Shown here: piece by piece, positions 60,841-64,000 of the stretch
Position numbering within the stretch: the stretch's first letter is position 1
How the letters are laid out: each line of letters begins with the position of its first letter
NCBI GenBank assembly: GCA_963745075.1
Contig: CAVUWV010000018.1
Location: forward strand, 224,001 to 288,000
Origin: Candidatus Hydrogenedentota bacterium
GTDB taxonomy: Bacteria; Hydrogenedentota; Hydrogenedentia; Hydrogenedentales; SLHB01
DNA length: 64,000 bases
Direction: 5' to 3'
Made by a program: the position numbers and the translations under genes
Notes under the pieces: model-generated
Databases searched by the model: none
Told to the model about the DNA's origin: nothing
What the model saw: the letters and a program-made list of their open reading frames with translations, nothing else

Positions 60841-61439
60841 GGGTGGTTCCCGCGACAACGGAAGGTATCGCCGAGGCGGCGGACGCGATTCGGGAAGGGC
60901 TCGTGGTCGCATACCCCACCGACACGGTGTACGGATTGGGCGCCGATCCCTTTTCCGTAGTGGCATTGGAGCGGCTATACGTGTGCAAGGGAAGACCTCA
61001 GAACGCGCCGCTGCTCCTGGTAGCGGCGGATCTGGATCAGGTCGCGGAAGTCGTGGAAGTGATGGACCCCGCCGCCCGGCGGTATGCCGAGCAATTCTGG
61101 CCCGGGCCGCTGAGCCTGCTGCTGCCCAAGTCCGGCAAGGTGCCGGCCATGGTGACCGCCGGAAATCCTAAAGTATGCGTGCGTGTTCCCGATCATGCGA
61201 CTACGCGCGCGCTATGTACAGCGGTCGGGCATCCCATAGTCTCTACGTCGGCAAACGTCAGCGGGGCGCCGCCCGCACGTTCGCTGGACGACTTGGCGCT
61301 GCCGGGTATCGCGCTAGGTATAGACGGTGGGGCGCTTCCGGACCAACCGCCTTCGACGATTTTCGACCCCGAATCGGGCGCCGTACTCCGGGAAGGCTCG
61401 ATCACGGCGGACATGCTCACCGATGCGGCTGCGGACTAA
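60837..61439 (+). CDS. tsaC: L-threonylcarbamoyladenylate synthase (TsaC/YrdC type)
   Basis: YPTDTVYGLG, KGRP, WPGPLS, STSANVSG, LREG. Confidence 0.92.
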   Translation: MRVVPATTEGIAEAADAIREGLVVAYPTDTVYGLGADPFSVVALERLYVCKGRPQNAPLLLVAADLDQVAEVVEVMDPAARRYAEQFWPGPLSLLLPKSGKVPAMVTAGNPKVCVRVPDHATTRALCTAVGHPIVSTSANVSGAPPARSLDDLALPGIALGIDGGALPDQPPSTIFDPESGAVLREGSITADMLTDAAAD

Positions 61440-61509
61440 GCGCTTGTTCGAGCGGCGGTAAGAACCTACAATACGTATTCCACGAAATGAAGATATAGGG
61501 ACTTTACAC

Positions 61510-61953
61510 ATGAAGATTGCAGTCGGCAGCGACCATGCCGGATTTGAAGGACCTCCCCCCCACTATAAACCGGCGATCGTAGACCACGTGAAAGCGCTGG
61601 GACACGAAGTCCTGGATTGCGGCACAAACGGTCCGGAATCGGTGGATTATCCGGATTTTGCGGGCCGCGTCTGCAACGCGATTCAATCGGGTGAAGCCGA
61701 ACGAGGCGTGCTGATTTGCGGCACCGGCATCGGGATCTGCATGGCCGCCAACCGGTACAAGGGCATTCGCGGCGCCCCCTGCGCGACGCCGGAAATGGCG
61801 CGCTTGAGCCGAACCCACAACAATTCCAACGTTATCTGCGTCGGCACACGGATTCTCTCGCTGGAAACGTGCCTCCAACTTATCGACATCTGGTTGGACA
61901 CGCCCTTCAGCGAGGGAGAACGGCACATCCGACGCATCCAAAAGATGGGCTGA
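61510..61953 (+). CDS. rpiB: Ribose-5-phosphate isomerase B
   Basis: GSDHAG, VDYPD, ICGTGIG, HNNSN, RHIRR. Confidence 0.93.
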   Translation: MKIAVGSDHAGFEGPPPHYKPAIVDHVKALGHEVLDCGTNGPESVDYPDFAGRVCNAIQSGEAERGVLICGTGIGICMAANRYKGIRGAPCATPEMARLSRTHNNSNVICVGTRILSLETCLQLIDIWLDTPFSEGERHIRRIQKMG

Positions 61954-62000
61954 CCGCTGGGATTTCCGCACGATTCAGTCCACGCAGGAGTATTTTATCC

Positions 62001-63394
62001 ATGAGCGTGTTGACTCCACGACAAATCGTAGACGAACTCGACAAGTACATCATCGGACAACACAGTGCCAAGCGAAAGGTTGCCGTGGCGTTGCGCAACC
62101 GCTGGCGCAGGCAACAGTTATCCGACGAGATGCGCGACGAAGTCATGCCGAAGAACATCATCATGATCGGTCCGACCGGCGTTGGAAAGACGGAGATTGC
62201 ACGCCGTCTCGCCAAGCTCGCCGACGCGCCCTTCGTAAAGGTGGAAGCCTCCAAGTTCACGGAAGTGGGTTACGTGGGCCGGGACTGCGAGTCGATGATT
62301 CGAGAACTGACCGAGGTTGCCCTGTCCATGGTGCGCGGCGAGATGGAAAAGGAACTCGAAGAACCCGCCAAGCGAGCCGCAGAGAACCGGCTTCTGGATC
62401 TTCTGCTCCCCCCCAGTCCGCGCAACGCGGACCCGAACGGGTGTACCGGCCCGGCGATCCGAGAGCCGGCGATGAAGCTCCCGCACCGACGCAAGAAGAC
62501 CAAGGTGAGGCACGGACTCGCGAAATCCTGCGTAAGAAGCTCGAAGCCGGGGATTTGGACGATCGGCAGATCGAGGTCGACGTTCGGGAGGCCGGAAAAA
62601 CGTCCATGATGCAGGTATTCTCGAACTCGGGCCTGGAAGAAATGGGCGTCAACATTCAGGAAATGTTCGGGCGGCTCATGCCTCAAAAGACGAAGCGCCG
62701 CAAGACAACGGTCGCCGAGGCACGCAAACTGCTTGAAGCGGAAGAACTCGACAACCTCATCGACATGGATGTGGTCGTCAAGCGGGCGGTGGAGCGCACG
62801 GAAAACTCGGGCATCGTGTTCCTGGACGAGATCGACAAGATCGCGGGCCGGGGTTCCGGCGGCCACGGCCCGGATGTTTCGCGGGAAGGCGTGCAGCGCG
62901 ACATCCTGCCCATCGTCGAAGGCAGCACGGTCACAACCAAGTACGGGCCGGTGAAGACGGACCATATCCTGTTCATTGCGGCCGGCGCGTTTCATATGAC
63001 CAAGGTGTCCGATCTGATTCCCGAACTGCAGGGCCGCTTCCCGATTCGCGTGGAACTCGACAGTCTCTTGGCGGGCGATTTCGTCCGCATTCTGCGCGAG
63101 CCGAAGAACTCGCTGGTCAAACAATACGAAGCCATGCTGGCCACGGAAGGCATCACCCTCGATTTTACGGACGACGCCGTGGAAGCGATCGCCCGCATCG
63201 CGGAGCAGGCGAATCTCGAAACGGAGAATATCGGCGCGCGCCGCTTGCACACCATCATGGAGTATCTCCTCGAGGAGCTCTCTTTTGAAGCCCCCGAGTC
63301 GCAGGACGGCCCGGTGCGGCTCGATGCAAAGCTGGTTGAAGATCGTTTGAAAGAAATCATCGAGAATCGCGACCTCAGCAAATACATCATATGA
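62001..63394 (+). CDS. hslU: ATP-dependent protease ATPase HslU; frameshift between about 62408 and 62440
   Basis: [32 protein letters not shown]; second half [39 protein letters not shown]. Confidence 0.94.
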
Positions 63395-64000
63395 TCCACA
63401 TTCCGGAACTGGAGCGACTCGGTCTCGCAGTCGCGGCCATGTCGGACCGTAGCGACGGCGACTGCCGAAACCACGATCCGGCGGGAGATGCCGGCCGCCA
63501 AGCTTTTTGCGAGTCCCTTGGTATCCGCGCCGACGATCTCGTGTGCGCGCGGCAGGTTCACGGCGTAACAGTTGCACGTGCGACATCCTCGGATCGCGGC
63601 CGCGGCATTCTTCCCGACACGTCTGCCTTTCCCGAGACGGACGCTATCGTCACGGACGTGGCGGGGCTTCCCCTTGGCGTAACGGTTGCCGACTGCGTTC
63701 CGGTGTGGTTGTTCGATCCGGTTACGCGCAGCGCGGGTATCGTTCATGCGGGACGCGTGGGGACCTACCGGAATATCGTACGGGCAGCGATCGATGAACT
63801 GCGGTCGGCTTACGGGGTCAAACCGGAAGACGTTTACGCGGGGATTGGTCCATCGGCCGGGCCGGATTCGTACGAGGTGTCCGAGGAGATCGCGCAAGAG
63901 TTCGCGGCGGCGGGCTTGCCCACTCGAGGGAGGCGTCTTGACCTCTGGGAAGCGAATGTTCAGCAACTGGAGCAAATCGGCCTCCTGCGAAAGAACATTT
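63391..64000 (+). CDS. YfiH/PgeF (polyphenol oxidase/laccase-domain) protein; runs off the window
   Basis: Manual translation from ATG 63391: [11 protein letters not shown]...RQVHG...DAIVT...VADCVPV...VHAGR...GIGPSAG..SYEV. Confidence 0.88.
   Translation, partial: MIHIPELERLGLAVAAMSDRSDGDCRNHDPAGDAGRQAFCESLGIRADDLVCARQVHGVTVARATSSDRGRGILPDTSAFPETDAIVTDVAGLPLGVTVADCVPVWLFDPVTRSAGIVHAGRVGTYRNIVRAAIDELRSAYGVKPEDVYAGIGPSAGPDSYEVSEEIAQEFAAAGLPTRGRRLDLWEANVQQLEQIGLLRKNI

Overview
GC-rich bacterial chromosomal window. The DUF1559 pilin-like N-terminus, the very long membrane-anchored ECF sigma factor and the many Tat-exported hydrolases suggest Candidatus Hydrogenedentota or a PVC-like lineage (inference, not a search result). 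The left ~37 kb is accessory and catabolic: an ABC substrate-binding protein, Tat-exported GGT, a TA pair, a GH36, an amidohydrolase pair, an ECF-sigma fusion, a sigma54-linked mddA, an amine oxidase, sialidase-like and sulfatase genes, a Tat-exported xanthine-oxidase-family molybdoenzyme locus and tRNA-Leu. The right part holds a MacAB-TolC-type exporter, the rimP-nusA-infB-DUF503-rbfA-nrnA-truB-ribF operon, and ctpA-rph-rdgB-tsaC-rpiB-hslU-yfiH. At least nine genes, including essential nusA, carry single-base frameshifts, most likely long-read assembly errors. The four most interesting signals are as follows. (1) A DUF2946/CruR-like CxxC...RGPP leader peptide whose 3' end can base-pair with the Shine-Dalgarno of a DUF1559 pilin-like gene. 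(2) A four-helix-bundle gene with 9-bp tandem arrays upstream and, inverted, inside its own ORF, sitting in the middle of the Mo-enzyme locus. (3) An FAD subunit lacking most [4Fe-4S] cysteines, followed by a 67-aa Cys4 protein and a DUF1326-like protein. (4) A recurring (CACGGAC-nnn)n element at the stop codons of three unrelated genes.
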